DNA of 64,000 nucleotides from Tubiluchus corallicola (GCA_030141605.1 JAQGDQ010000132.1:472772-536771), one strand, 5' to 3'. Positions 26,801-40,161 are shown, numbered from the stretch's first letter. Program-made: numbers and translations. The notes: generated by a model not told the origin, from the sequence alone.

Positions 26801-29800
26801 TATTCTTGTCCCTATATTACAGACATGCGCACAAGAGTTACTTTCTTTTAAATTGACAGTCTATCTGCAGTTCACTAATTATAACACTAAATATAGTAAT
26901 AATTAGCAGAACTATAGTTATAACATAGCCTGTAATCTATAAACTGAATCAAGGTAACTGTGCGTCAGTGGCACAACGATCGAGGCAGTGATGAGACTGC
27001 TGATCAGAATGGGTTCACCACAGTTCCCAACCTGTTTTGAGAATGTTCTCAGTGCGAAATAAAGAAGCAAGAGCAGAACATTTTAAGCGTCGTCTGGGCA
27101 TTTTGTTTAAAAATTTTCAGCCTTACTGTATAGTTTAACAACTAATTATGTGCCAAGACATGTAAACAATAGTCATTTCACTATACTGCTAAAAGCTGAT
27201 ACTGCAGTGCATGCAAAGTACAAAAACAATGAAGACAACTGACTGTGGGTGATTCATACAGTTCTTGCATGTATTAATGTCACTTATTATTTAATTAGTT
27301 TATGCAAATATGCACAAAGTGCACGTAGTTTTTACAATTACAAAATAATACAATATAAAATAAAATCAAAAATTAATGATTCATTAAGTAATAACGATTA
27401 AATCATCAATTAAAAGTTTCAAGCTTCAAATTTCAAGTTTATTGTTATTACACTGGATATAAACTTACGCTGAGTTTGTGTGAAAAATGCGCATAAATAT
27501 GGCCAATTACTAATGATACTGTCACATTTTGCCAAGACCACCTCGAACTGATGAAGCCCATATAAAAAACACATTGCAACTATTTTAGGATAAAACAGTT
27601 CAAATTTTACGATGACTAAAGTTTATGAAGATATTTCTTTATAAGACCACGAGGTTGCTGATGGAATAAACGTATCTTCATATCTGGATGTTTTAACTTT
27701 GGTTAATATAAACTGATAGCACGATGATCAGAATAACAACGATCTGGAAACAAACCAGTAAACAAAAACCTACCCAGATGTCAAAAACCTCGTTAGTTAT
27801 GGACTTAAAATTTATGATCAACTAAAAAGAAGTAGTTTTTTCCAGCTAACAATTATACAAACATAAATGAAAACAAAAACATAATTATGTTGAGTCAGCA
27901 AGACAAGTTAAATTATCTCACCTCCAGTAGCAGCAGATTGTATATCAACATTTAGATGCTGAGCCATGTACCCTAGGGTAGCAAATGCGGACACACCCAC
28001 AATGATGTTAGTAATCATGTCTGCTAGAACTATACCACTGGCATACCTAAAATGAACCAACAAATATAAAAACAGCAAATTTAAGATGAGTAATTCTCAC
28101 AGAAAAAGCATGTCACCATCATCATCATCATCATCACCATCGCCGCCACCACCACCATCATCCTCATCATTATCATCACCATCATCATCATCGCCATCAT
28201 CATCATCACCATCATCATCTCCACCACCACCATCATCATTATCCTGATCATCATCATCATATGCCCATTATGTCTATTGTAGACACTGGACAGGTAGAAC
28301 TATGAAAGAAATTTTCTCTCAAGACCGGTAAACACAGTAGTTATCCAGCAAAAAACTAAACACAGCTATGCGAAAGGCTTGACAGCACCATTTGTAAGTA
28401 AAATGCATGTCACATCTCTAATAAGATAATTTACTCAAACAAATCAAACTTACTTATAAATGTTGCTGTCATAGTGTTGGTAACTTGAAAGAAGAATGCG
28501 ACAACCGTAGCTGAGACACAAAGAATGAAGAAGTGCAGCAGTCGCATGTAACCAAACCTACAAATAAAGAAAGACAGTGAATTTGTATACATGTAGATTA
28601 TACAGAATTAGACAACAACCAAAAAAAATGTTGACTATAGAGTAGGATATGTTATAAGCATAAAGACGTAATAAAATTGTTAATAAAAGACATCCAAAAC
28701 CAAATTACAAACTTGTGCTGTATGACATCATTTGTAATTAAATTTGTCCTTGAGTTCTGCGGTCATGCCGTCGTTGGCAAATATCAATAAACAAAATGCT
28801 TAATATACCAGTTTTTAAGCCAGTTTCCATTTTAATTAGTAAACAATATAAACGTTTTCTCATTCCATTAAAAATGGTCTCTCATTTAAAAATATTTAAT
28901 GTATTATTATAACATCATTGTGTTCTTTTTTAATATGAATTTTGAATGCTGTTCTTGGAACCAGCTACTGACACCAAGAAAACCAAAAACTTTGTGCCAC
29001 CTGATATGTAAATTAATTATGGTTATGGACCACATTTCCTCTCAAGATATAAAATTCAATAAAGATCAATAAATCAGCAGCATCAACATAAACAGTAGCA
29101 ACGAAATTAGCATTGGTGGCTTACAGCAACAACTCCATTGCAATGGAAGCAATAATAAGACCGGTGCCAGTTCCTATACTCCACGATCTACAAATCCAAG
29201 TACTTTCACAGCAAGCTACATGGAGCAATATTGCAAGAATTTGAAATCTTACCGCAGGATCTGCCAGATTATCTAAACTTGGCACAAAGAAGTACACCAA
29301 ACCATTGGCTGCACCAGGAAGAGTGACACTTCTGGCTACTAGAGCCACAAACAACAGGTATGGAAATATCGTAATAATATACACATACTGCAACAAGAAA
29401 ATAGCAACAGACATAAACAAATAATGTCTTGCTTTGTTGAATCAAAAATTTCCATAAGGGTATAAAAATTTTCTAATAGTGACTGTACTTTTGCAGCTCC
29501 ACGAGAATGGAATTAACTTCCGTTTAGCTTGCGTTCAATTACTGATTTTAACTGTTTTAGAATCTTTTTATTGCATCGTTTAATTAGTTCAAGTCTTAAA
29601 GCCTATTTTTACTATATCATTTAATTAGTTGCCTTGTGAATTTTCATTGTATGCTTATATTTTATAGCAAATCATTCATGATGTAGACCTGTTTTATAGC
29701 ACATCCGATAACTATAATTGTAAATTTAAGCACCTTATAAATAAATTAACATTTATCATTTATCATTAAATACTCATCAATTTAAGGCAATGAGCCAAAG

Positions 29801-32800
29801 ATATTAGATGGCAAAGGATATGATCCCTGACATTCACTGACAACTGAATGGAGTGCACCAACTTGCAGCCATTAAAAATATACCATAAAAACCAAAAAAA
29901 CACACAATTTCAGCAAAATAAGATAAGTTTTGTGTAGGAAAAATTTATAGTCCATTTTTGGTTCATCCTTTTGTTATGCAGCACTGCTTTGTTGTTTCTG
30001 ATTTGTGTTGTTACACATGATAAGTTCTTTTAATCTAACTGTGGTATTTCTTGTTTAGAATTCTTCACATTTTGATTTCATTTCAACAGGGTGCATTATG
30101 CTTCAAAAACAGTTAAGTTAGTATCAGTCGACAAAAAGCAGCAGCTCAGTAAAAAACTTAGTCCATGTATATAAGAAGAGCAGATATATTTACTTTTCTT
30201 GAATACATGGCTAATTTCAAAAAATGGGTTTGCTGAAAACGTAATAACGATCAATTTGCATATGATGATATATTTCAGATCTCAACAGGTCATACCGCGT
30301 ACATTTTTGCAGTGTTACAATTTGTAATTAGCACTATCATAATTTTAGGGCAATTTTAATAAAGTTTACCAACTATTGGTCCAAACATCATCAGCTTATT
30401 TGAGCTCAAGGGTTTTCGTGGACCACAGGACCAAGAGTATGTTCATGTTTTATGATTTTTACTCATCTATATATAACTTCTTCATGTTAGATACCATACC
30501 ACTGTATTCTTTTTTGCCTTTACTCATCTAGGAGGTAAATTTCTTATTCACCTTTCAAGAAAGACGTTTTTATACTGTTTAACAATAAGTGGTATGCTGC
30601 ATGCTTTTTGAGGATATACTTTGTCTTTCAAATTATTTTGATAAATGCGTTACTCTTGCTCCACAATCTGCTGTTAAGACTGTTATCATCATACACAAAA
30701 ATGATGCAAGCGAAGTAATTGATGTGGACATTCACCTACCTTTCCCCTTTGCCTTATCCCCTTCCAGACAGTAAAATAAATTATGATCCAAGGAAATACC
30801 AGGACGAGAGCATCTGTCCATTGAACATTACCAACAGTAACAAACTCGAATATATTCGCAACTCTCCTCCTACATGAGAAATAATTCAAAAATTATAAGT
30901 TATACATTTGGAATTCATATCATAAGCCAGGTGATATACAAAAACTGACCTTCGCCTTGAAGCACAACTTGTTTGTGAAAGGTCAAGTATTTCACACATA
31001 GGAGATTATTCTCTTGCTATAGCCAGTGCCTATTACGCAGGTCGACTGTTTTCAGAATAAACATAACAAACCACTGTTATGATTCAGCCCTCTTTAGCAG
31101 GTTTGTAAGGACTAGTCAGCCATATGGGCTTAACGCACCACAAACGATTTATAATAACTAAGGCTTTTTCTTTTGAAGAGAAATGTGGTGTTCTTTTGCT
31201 GAGGTACCCTTAATGTGATTATTTGCATGAAAAATACATCAAGTTTTAGAGAAGCAGACTAGTCAAAACACCAAATAGTAAAACACTATTTTGCTACAGA
31301 AATATTAACAAAACGTTTTACTAAACGATAATTTGTGAACATACCAACCCATGCAAAATTCACAGAAGTTTTACAAATTACAAGAAACTGACCGATCATA
31401 ATAATGAAATAAAAGAAGTTAATCATTCCTTCAGATGCCGAAAACTAAATTATTAAAAACTTGAAAATCCTTGACATACAAAAAATCATTAACCCTAGGC
31501 CACTTAAAATATTTCATGGTACATGTGAATACTGGCAATGGGATGAAATCGCACCCCATTCATTAAATATAGAAGAAACGATAAGGCATCATTTCGGTTG
31601 TTCACTAGACCTATGTTATGTCCTTTATTATTTTACAGTGTTAGTGAAAGCTGCATAAAGCATACACATGAAAAATTGTAAAAAATTAGCAGAAGACGTG
31701 TTTACATTCAGCCAGTTATATCATATAACCATTTTTGGGCTCCAATGCCTAATACAGCATTTTTTTCTTAACAGTGGTAAATTTCAAGGCCGGTTGACAA
31801 GCAGTACAAAAATATTTAGTATTTGTTTACTTTCTTATTTTTACCTACAAACAATGGAGAAAGTCAATACAATGGCAATATCAGTGGATCCAAGGAAAGT
31901 GATATCATAATGCAAGTGATGTGTAAGAAATCAAATGACATCTACTTATAACAGACATAATCATTCAAACGCAGAATAAGACGTGCACTGGAGGCTACAT
32001 GGCAACATGATTTAACTAAACAAAACACTTCGTGTGTTTTTGTACCCAATTCCTAGTGGGTGAGGGCTAAATACTGACAGCAAGTACAAATGGTTACATA
32101 AAGAAATCACATGCATTACATGGTTCTTGTTCACAGAATATGCATACAGACTTGTAAATAATCTTGGATTCTTTACATTAATGGGCTCGTGTAATACTCT
32201 TATTAAGGAAACTCTTTTTACGGAAAATAGCATCAAGTTTAAAAATCAGGAAGTACATTAAAGCATACTCAAAAAACTCTGTCGTAGAATGCACCAAGCT
32301 AACGTTTCCCAAAACTGACTCAGTTGAGTTCTGTGACAAATCTGTCAAGTTCTCATTCCGGACACACTGTGCAGTATTCCATGCGTTGCTACACACAGAC
32401 CAAGGCATAACACTGTGTAAACATTTAACTGTATAGTAGACGCCCCACGCCATGATGACACCATAGTACGAAGCAAGGATGAAAGCTATGATGGTTGAAG
32501 CTAAACCAACACCTGAAAAAAGGTTTTTTTACAAAGTAGTTTAATAATCTTCAAAACAAAATCTGGCATTATTAAACATATCTAAACAGGAATATTTTCT
32601 CTAAGTATCAACTAGCATCTTCACTTCAGTATATAAAACAGTCATTCTAAATTATAGTAAGTCCTTGCTTAATTACTCCTCGCTTGGCAACGTTTCATTT
32701 TAACGACGCTGAGCATTTGCTACCTTTTCTCTCTTAATGACGCACATTTCATTTCAACGACAATTTTTTTAGTTTGCACAAAGTCATTTTTTATTTGCTC

Positions 32801-35800
32801 AACAAATCTTTTACCATATTTCAAGAATATACAGTGTACATACTATGTTATTCTATTCTAAAAACGCACTAGTAATATAAAACAGTATAATTATTATATG
32901 CTTTTGCTGCCCGACTGACTACTAAATGCTAGCCGTTTGAACGAGATCTATTTGCGAAGACGCCTGCAGGCACCTGAGTGCATACTTTATGTGAAATAAT
33001 TTTGCCCACAACCTGTTCCTATAGCAACCAGACTGAGTATCTAGATGAAATTTTCTCAAGGTCGCCCCATCACCTGAGTTTCACTCTGCAGTACTTAACC
33101 GCTAAGTACGTGGGGCTTAAAACTTGCTAAAAAGAAACCGTTAACTGGACATTGGTAAGAAAGATCATTCGTTTCAAGTAAGCAGAAAGAAATTAATCAC
33201 CAAAAATGTGAATAAAAGTCATAAAACATTTAAATTATATATTTAAAACAGCATTGATTTTTGCCTCTGGAACGTATCTTAACTCTTTTACATTGATTTC
33301 TATGGAAATCTTGGCTTAGTTTAACGATGTTTCACTTAACGTCACATTTTGCTGGAACGCACTAGCGTCGTTAAGCAATGACTCACTGTAACTAAAATCT
33401 TGAGTTTAAATCTGCTTTAAAGTCAAGCTAAACCCTCACTATAATATAAGCTTTTACAATCTCATTAGGAATATTCGGTTTATTTTATTAATCACTCACT
33501 GTTTCTTTTGATTTTTATCATTTCGTTGTTAGTGGTATCAAATTTTTCGTTGCGCGAGACGAATGACGTAATGAGTGCAGTCACGATGTCACCAAAGATC
33601 GATAAACAAACATCAGTAACCAAAGACACTTTCTGTACCTCGTACGTCATTCTCGCTCCCTCGTGCCAAAGACGCGAAACATGGCGATCTTTACCGCAAT
33701 ACACGTGTTTGAAATTTACCAGAAAAAGGTAAGTTATTTAATTTATAAGTTTCTTTAGAGTAAAAATGACTATGAGTTCTTTATGAAATCATAATAATGC
33801 ATTAGAAGAACTTAAATGTCTGTTATAATTATAAAGGCCTTAAAAACTTAATACTCTGATTGTCATTTGTAATTATAAGAAGTTGTAAGATTAGGCAAAG
33901 GAAAGTTTTTAACAAAAATTAAAATCTCACAGGAGAGTCCAAAGCCCGGGCTTGATAGATGTTTGTTAAACACACGAATGATCCAAAGACTACTATCTTA
34001 AGACTCGTATTAAAACAGGCTTGTGTCAGAATGCCCTGAATGTATATTTCTTGAAGAATACGGCTTAGTGAATGCTACTCTTTGGACTCTTAGGCGAAAA
34101 TCGTAATTAACAGTAAGCATTTGTATGCATATAAATAGTAAAAAGTATAAAGAAAAAGACTCCTAATCATAAGGCACCTTCAAATCAAATGCATTACATA
34201 AGTTCTTGACAATGACAATAGTATGTAATGACTAACTCAGTTACTCTTAGAGGAAGTGCCAAAAATGCTATGTTTCTGAAAAATGTTAGAAGGATTTAGT
34301 AATAAAAGTGTGATTCATGCCTCATGTAATTAGTAAAATCACTTTAAAGTCGTGACCATTTCACGCTTGGATACACCCACTTTGAATGCCCAATTTTCCA
34401 CCAATGATATCGTTCATTGGCTGAAGGAAAGCAGCGCACTGTCAATTTCCGTCAAAAGTATAGTACGTTTAAAAGAAAATTAGGCGGCTAACTTTGTGAT
34501 ATTTTTCCATAAACACTACACGAGTTGCAGGAGTTTTAATTAGTTTAAGCAATGCACCCTTATGAAAAGTCGCGAAATCCACCAGTTGTGTCAAAACTTT
34601 CAAAGTAAATGGAGGCTACCACAGTGCCGGAAAAATTCTACACGGCATTACTATAAAATAAATTTATGGTTTATAGACACAGTTTTTACAAATTTTTTTG
34701 TTATATTTTTCAGTGATAACAGTAAAATAAAACCCAACATGCTAAGTGACTTGTCATTTCCTTTAAGCTCTAGTCAATTTACCTTTGAAAATTGGTGCAA
34801 CCTTCTCCATAGCATGAACAGGTCCCAACCGAGTGTACTGACCAAGAGACATCTCAAGTACCAACAATGGATAACCAACCAGAAAAAGTAAAATAACATA
34901 AACCAGTAAAAATGAACCTGCAACAAAAATAATTAAAACCTTTCAGTTGCTATGAATTTAGAATGTAGTTAATATTATGAATATTTACAAACATGTTGGA
35001 AATGACATACCTATCTGCATTATACCGAAGTCGTAATTATTGTTTCGATGCATTTTACACAAAAATTCAAGTTTGATTTGGCAAATATCATGTGGAGCAA
35101 AAATATGCCAAAGTTCTAATTACGATATTGTAGAAAGAAAACAACAGAACATCTTAAAAATTATCACACTGATGTTGCCTACGCTTATGTATAAATAAAC
35201 GAAATTTAACAACTTTAAGTTATGACCTTACATTATGCCAACAATACATGTTTTAAATCAACAAACTAAAAACATTAACGCTGGAAAGAATTTCGTATGT
35301 CACTGTTGTTAAAATTTACACAGCAAATTGCTCAATGCGTCCATCATTTTCAAAGCAAACTAGCCATGAATGTGTTTCTTCCAACAGCTGACCAAGACAT
35401 ACCAGAATTAAAAACTGGTACTGCTTATTCTTTGACCCAGCACGCACGTTTTCCGAAATAACATGCAAGTAATAATAATTGCGACTGCCTTGGAAATAAG
35501 TATTGAGTTACTTAAGGTGTTATTCCTGGATTATGTCCTAAACGAAATTATTATTATATCTGTTGCCAACTGTCAACAGTTTTTGTCTTTAGTACCTCTG
35601 TATCAAATGGCTCTGTACAGCCACCATACAGTTTCCCTTTAAGGGAAATTCCAGATGATACAGCCCAGAGGATTAATTCGCATTTTTCAAGACAACAAAC
35701 CTTTATGAGTGTATTATTTTCTATGGTGAAGATCACAATGTAAATTGTTTGACTTCTTTATTCTTTAGCTGACACATTCTTTTATTGATAATTAGCTAAC

Positions 35801-36742
35801 ATTTATCAGGCATTTATTTTTTAACAGACAAAAGCATTTCAGCTATAGTTTAAAACCAAGCCCTACTAAAGCATTGAGCTTGCAACTTTCACAACCAAAA
35901 ACTAATGCATTATAAAACCACATTGTTAAATTTCCACATTGTAGAGCATTTGCTTCTAATACTATTTAGTCAGAATTTTAGGCGGATTTTTTCTGTGCCA
36001 CCCGATATAAGGAAAAAAGTAAAAATTTCATACACAAACCTCCGTGACTCTTATGACACAAGTACGGAAACCTCCAGATATTTGCAAGTCCAAAAGCGTA
36101 CATTATGCAGATCAACATGAACATGTACCAACTGTTAGAGTCTTTCTGCAGAGTTCTGGCCAAGATCACATGCTCCAAGTTCTCGTCCACGTCATCCATC
36201 GTAGTGAGGCGACGTAGCAATGGTGTAGCCAAATCGCACAATGGCTGACCACTCTGTTGAACTGCAAAATTCAGCTTCCAATTTGCCGTGTCATCCATTT
36301 CTGAGGTGTCGGCCAACGAATCACCAATGCTTCCCTCGGACGTATAAAGATCGTCAAACACGGCACGCTGCTTCAATGCCAATTGATGAGCAGCAGAAAC
36401 ACAGGAGGCGTTATTGCTGTTCGTATTTGTTTCAGGATGCAAAACTGACACTTTCTTACTATGCAAAGTTGATGCTGAAAGTGCTGCATGATTTTCAGCT
36501 ACCAACTCGTTGTTAACAATGGGAACATCTTTGTTTCCAAATGAAGCACTTTGATCAGGTTGCAAAGATTGTGACGCACAAAATGATGCACCTGGAGAAG
36601 GTATTGGACTCTCTGTGTCTACCAAATGCGATCGGCCCTTACGACGGCCATTGCGTTTGCTCCCACATTTGCCTTGAAGTCTATTTTGCAGTCTGTAATC
36701 TAACTGCAGATAGTTGGTTTTCCCGTGTATAGCATCTGTCAT
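10849..36742 (-). CDS. SLC6/NSS sodium:neurotransmitter symporter family protein, divergent, ~986 aa, 14 coding exons
   Basis: Minus-strand GT-AG exons: 36742-36040, 34917-34783, 32512-32269, 30869-30740, 29387-29253, 28557-28454, 28046-27922, 18456-18344, 16681-16541, 15692-15593, 14673-14573, 14127-13927, 13582-13445, 11439-10849 (2961 nt, one open frame). Motifs: GLANIWRFPYLC, GGGSFLLVY..LEMSLGQY, PWSVCSNAWNTAQC, FPY..RSVTLPGA, LGYMA, GPGFIF. Exon sizes 135/135/104/125/113/100/101 match the usual SLC6 gene structure. The start ATG is inferred. Confidence 0.93.
16751..17045. mobile_element. Second copy of the foldback/Penelope-like element
   Basis: The left arm matches 6731-6888 and a partial inverted right arm follows (CAGTGTTGATT..TATTTAGGTGAATTGTTG). 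The spacer reads HFFLKTCLDEGLQPKFIQFR on the + strand. Confidence 0.65.
17600..18325 (+). mobile_element. L2/Crack-clade LINE 3' fragment (degenerate ORF2 C-terminus and tail)
   Basis: SKLDYCSSLLFGLP..LQLIQNS..HITPILKELQWLPIKFQI with stops and frameshifts, followed by an AT-rich tail with AATAAA. Confidence 0.85.
19636..19822. repeat. Degenerate trinucleotide repeat (CAT/CAC/TGT)n
   Basis: Direct inspection. Confidence 0.8.
20773..20846. repeat. (CA)/(TG)/(TA)n compound microsatellite
   Basis: Direct inspection. Confidence 0.9.
21309..22361 (+). CDS. Intronless class A (rhodopsin-like) GPCR, orphan, 350 aa, nested antisense in SLC6 intron 7
   Basis: Single ORF with seven hydrophobic segments and N-terminal glycosylation sequons (NFT, NET, NGT). 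Class A motifs: SNSLV (TM1), LSATD (TM2), C3.25..ERY (TM3), W in TM4, CCTPF (TM6), NSFVNVIVY plus helix-8 FQKAFRKLL. Confidence 0.93.
   Translation: MIMSPTARYYLLFNFTNETVNWEYENGTTTEYFQSQTLKSSRIVMIVTRIIYVLIALTIIWSNSLVLIAVARFHQVQKHLRNWFIASLSATDFLTGIYLCVAPYVLTFIPDPPKVLCLSLYTVHNMNITQTANSLLFVTIERYIAVAHPFLYMSVVKPKSIKFIIVISWIEASIIGGAVWIHNSWFVNSFCVYEAVISKQSLYLMDAHLLVSMTAMCGIYAKMYLIARRHYHSVAAADAQDTGMKSNLHLAKVYFLITGLYIICCTPFLVISLVVLETKFENHYQWVRRIGYFMLYSNSFVNVIVYASRLGEFQKAFRKLLSPWRSTDVLRSANGSLRSHNRNITTEGEV
24980..25250 (+). mobile_element. Non-LTR retrotransposon 3' ORF remnant
   Basis: LECLEQRREK..LLPK..ILQKVRTSRYK resembles the L..RR...RT.RY C-terminus of CR1-group ORF2. Confidence 0.5.
25378..25760 (+). 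mobile_element. Penelope-like terminal fragment: ~80-bp tandem repeats followed by a hammerhead-like core
   Basis: About three copies of TTACTGTATCAATTTCTT..CTATTTGGCTT..AATTAGTGC, then CTGATGA-TGACA..TGTC-GAAA at 25669-25697, then AATAAA. Confidence 0.55.
26499..26780. repeat. Diverged ~158-bp tandem duplication
   Basis: CTGAGAATGTTAG.ACTAATAATAA.TGAATTG..TACAAACATCCAT..CAACAACAT occurs twice. Confidence 0.8.
28113..28260. repeat. (CAT/CAC)n microsatellite
   Basis: Direct inspection. Confidence 0.92.
32655..33388. mobile_element. Tc1/mariner-superfamily (pogo/Tigger-like) non-autonomous element
   Basis: TA-flanked imperfect TIRs TAGTAAGTCCTTGCTTAA ... TTAAGCAATGACTCACTG, with subterminal TTAACGAC/TTAACGTC repeats. 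Confidence 0.7.
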
Positions 36743-37169
36743 TGTGAAACGCTGTCCGATTTGGAAGTCTAACACACATATCTACAGGTATAATAATAAC
36801 AAGATATATATCACCTGTAATTATGCATAAAAACTTAAATCCTACCCATAATTGTGTAAGCTCAATCCATTGTTATACACTCTAGTCACTGGATGTAGGT
36901 ATCACAGCTTTATACAATAAGCAGCTCCACCAGTCTTACTATTAGTTTAATTACTACTACAGAGGCAATTTGATTTCACTCTTTGTTTGTTGATGGAACA
37001 ATGGGCATTCTGATGTCTACCTATAGTTCATGTGTTCTTCCTGGTCACTGTTCTCACAAAATCATTACTACTTGTTAAATTCAGTTAAATTAGTAATCAA
37101 TTAAAGTTTACAATGTTAGTATCACTATAATATTTCTTTTTTTAAACTGTATCTAAGTTTTGTATTTGT

Positions 37170-37428
37170 CAGAACGGGTGGCCGAGTGGTTAAGGTAACG
37201 GACTGTGGGTGCTTCTCTGCTTGCAGCCCGAGTTCAAATCTCACGACCACCTGTATGGGTGCAAACAGTTGTTATCTGTGTTATTTATTTGTGGCATCTC
37301 AGCGTTATTGTATTCAATAAGAGTCGCTTATAGTAGCCTATGGCTAATGACGTCTGTTGCCCCAGCATCTGTAAATAAGTCTCTTTGTCTTTTTTTGCTT
37401 GTTTTGTGTTTTGTTTTGCTTGTTATAT
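37170..37428 (+). mobile_element. tRNA-derived SINE (tRNA-Ser/Leu-like head)
   Basis: A box TGGCCGAGTGGTTAAGG and B box GAGTTCAAATCTC (37230-37242). No intact acceptor stem. A ~140-bp body and a (TTTTG)n tail follow. Confidence 0.75.
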
Positions 37429-37756
37429 GACACTACTATGACTAGTAAACTTAAATAAATAAAAAGAAAGCAATTTTATTTGTTAACACATACTAAAAAG
37501 AGGAAAGAAAATGTGTAGTGTAGACCTACTTTGAAAATTAATTCATGGATCTATTTTCAAGAAGTTTTTTAGTACTGTGGCCCTCTTGTAAATTTAATAT
37601 GTACATTGACAATGTTGTCATATTATCTAAATTAACTTAGTGCAGATAGTCAAGTGATTGCAGTTAGAGTAGCTTCACAGTCTAATTTCGACGGACTTGG
37701 GCCTAGAAATAGTAAAATTATAGTTACTATAATTTTGTAGATCTAGTATTCTAGTT

Positions 37757-38223
37757 CAAAGGTCCTCAAACTTTTTTAAACTACCCCTTCATGGAATCCT
37801 TGATTTCTCGGCGACCCCAAGGTATGTTTTTTTGTAAGTCCCCCAACGGCAAAAATGTTTCATCTGCCATCCTATTGACTGTTGGCCTGGCGCACTACCA
37901 ACACAGCAGTTAATAGTTTGCAAATAGGTACCTACTATAGAAGTGTACAGCAGAAGGTGGCATTTAAATTTCAAATTCTACAAAAATTAGATACCGTATT
38001 CCAAATAATGTGTGTAAATTATAATTATATTTAAACTAGAAACATGTATCAGCAAGTTATATTTCATGTACTATTATTTCTTATACGAATGTCGGCTTTC
38101 GATCCCAAAACTACAAATGGCTTGGCATTTATCGACCCCTTTTTTACCCCCAGACATTTATCGACACCTTGGATAGTCCCATCGACCCCCAGAGGTCAAT
38201 ATTGACCACTTTGGAGTCCCCTG
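37757..38223. mobile_element. hAT (Charlie-like) MITE
   Basis: Ends CAAAGGTCCTCAAACT ... ACTTTGGAGTCCCCTG. 8-bp flanks TTCTAGTT/ACCTAGTT resemble a TSD. Repeated CGACCCC subterminal motifs. Confidence 0.7.
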
Positions 38224-38699
38224 ACCTAGTTGCTTTAACATTTGTTAATAATTATGCTATTTCATGATGATTCTCATCAATATAACGCATGATATTGTAA
38301 ATTGTAATTTTAGTGTGTATATTTAAAATTCTCTTCTAATTTCACTAACTGCATGGATCTTTATGGAAACGTTGATTACATACAATTTTAATGTATTTAT
38401 GTAAAAAATAAATTTCTATCTATCTATCTACCTGGGGCAGCAGACCCGTTGACCCATATGGTCCTTAACTGTGCCCTATCTTCTGCACCATAATATGTTG
38501 TCTTCACCAACAGTAATTGTTGATTTGTTGCATTGTGTTTGTGAGAAGAAAAATAAATTATGCCTACGTAATTAGTATTCATAAGAAAAGTCAGTACAAC
38601 GAATTAATTATTATAGCTACAACGAATTAAAATGAAACGTAAATATCATATCAGATTTAATCTTTAGTTGGTATGTGTAGGTTGAAGGGGTGATGAATG

Positions 38700-39120
38700 A
38701 ATGTAAGTTATCATAATCCTTTTTCACAATCCTTTTCATAATAATTTTGGCTTCTTAAAGCACAAGAAAACCCTCCACTTATATAAAGCTTAAAAAATTT
38801 GTGTCAAAATTTTATACCACTTACATACTAACTTTTCATATGCATGGCTTGCATCAGCCATAACGCTGTATAAAACATGTAAATTTAAACTCCCGTGATG
38901 ACCGTTAGGTGCAGCCATTTTGATATGCCAGTCATTTGAAACAAGTTCTGATAACATTAAGTAAAGTTTGAAAAAGTTCAGAGCATTCGTAGCATACATG
39001 TTGCTAATTAAGTAAAATTTTAAATTACTGTATCTTGTCAATAAGATTAAAAATACATTTTCGGCTAGTGAGTAGCGCACCCTGGAGGGTAAGTCAGCCA
39101 ATTGGCACAAACATTTTAAA
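38700..39120. mobile_element. Dispersed repeat (probable non-autonomous DNA element); second copy at ~59410-59830
   Basis: Both copies share AAAGCACAAGAAAAC, GCTTAAAAA, GTTAGG..CAGCCATTTTGA, ATTTGAAACAAGTT, GTCAATAAGAT and GCACCCTGG. Confidence 0.7.
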
Positions 39121-39414
39121 TTATTAGTCTAGCTACATGAGTCTTTCCAGCAGGTAAACGGAAAGCTAAATAATACAGATTTGCACGGAAAATCTTTTGG
39201 GAAATATAGTTAACAATGCCTTTTCTTCCCCTGGTTTACGTTTGCGTAGTGATGTCATGTAATGGCGCCGTCGTAACAGTATCATGGGAGATTTAAAATG
39301 AAAACAAACGAAAATTCCTTTCAACGCATAAAATTGCTGTAAAGTAATATAATTTTTTAAGGCGATTTTTCTGAAACCTACTTCAGGTACCCCTTTTCTT
39401 GTCCTTTAAAGCAT

Positions 39415-39730
39415 GACTATCGTGAAGCCCTCAATCTAAAGAGGTTTAAATTCAGTGCACTAACCACTCTTTCCGGCAAACTATTCCATTTGTTCACTAC
39501 GCGGTGTGAAAAAAATGAACTTTTACAATTAGTTCTTGCATACGGTTTATACAATTTCTTAGAATGATCGCGAGTGGACAGCAGAGGTGCAGCCTTAAAT
39601 AGTGTACTAGAACTACTACAACTAACTAATGCCTAATGGTTGTCTCCATTTATGTACTTGAAAACCTCATACACGTCAGCTGTTTCTCTTCTCTGTTGGA
39701 GTGAACAAATCTCAGTTTCCGTCAGTCTGA
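39415..39730 (-). mobile_element. CR1 LINE 3' fragment
   Basis: The minus strand translates FFSHRVVNKWNSLPERVVSALNLNLF, the CR1 ORF2 C-terminal motif. Confidence 0.8.
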
Positions 39731-40161
39731 CGAGGCTACATCGAAAATATTACTAGCACTAGTATCAGTTGTAGTAGTACTATATATATATACTAGTATA
39801 CTATTACTATTATTAGTATTACGAATATGGAAAAGTTTGCAGTAAAGTGATATAATTATGAGTATACAATTTGTGAACTTAACCTGAGCGCCTTTATTCT
39901 ATGCTCTATGATGTATATTACATTTTTGAGAATAATACACGTCTATTAAATTGGAAATACAATTTTACATAATTATATTACAAAAACAGCAAACGCTCTG
40001 ACAGCTCCGTCATTATTTTACCACAATCCTTCACGATTCCGTAAACAAGTGAGCAGCTACATAAAAGTTGCTTAGAGACAGAATGGAAATAAACAAATGG
40101 AAACAAGGGGCCCAAAAAGGATGAAAACACTTTACGTGTTTCAACTTTACTTAGAAACATT

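Noticed and set aside
37170-37252. Functional tRNA gene
   Set aside because: A and B boxes are present, but the acceptor and anticodon stems do not pair and a SINE-like body and tail follow.
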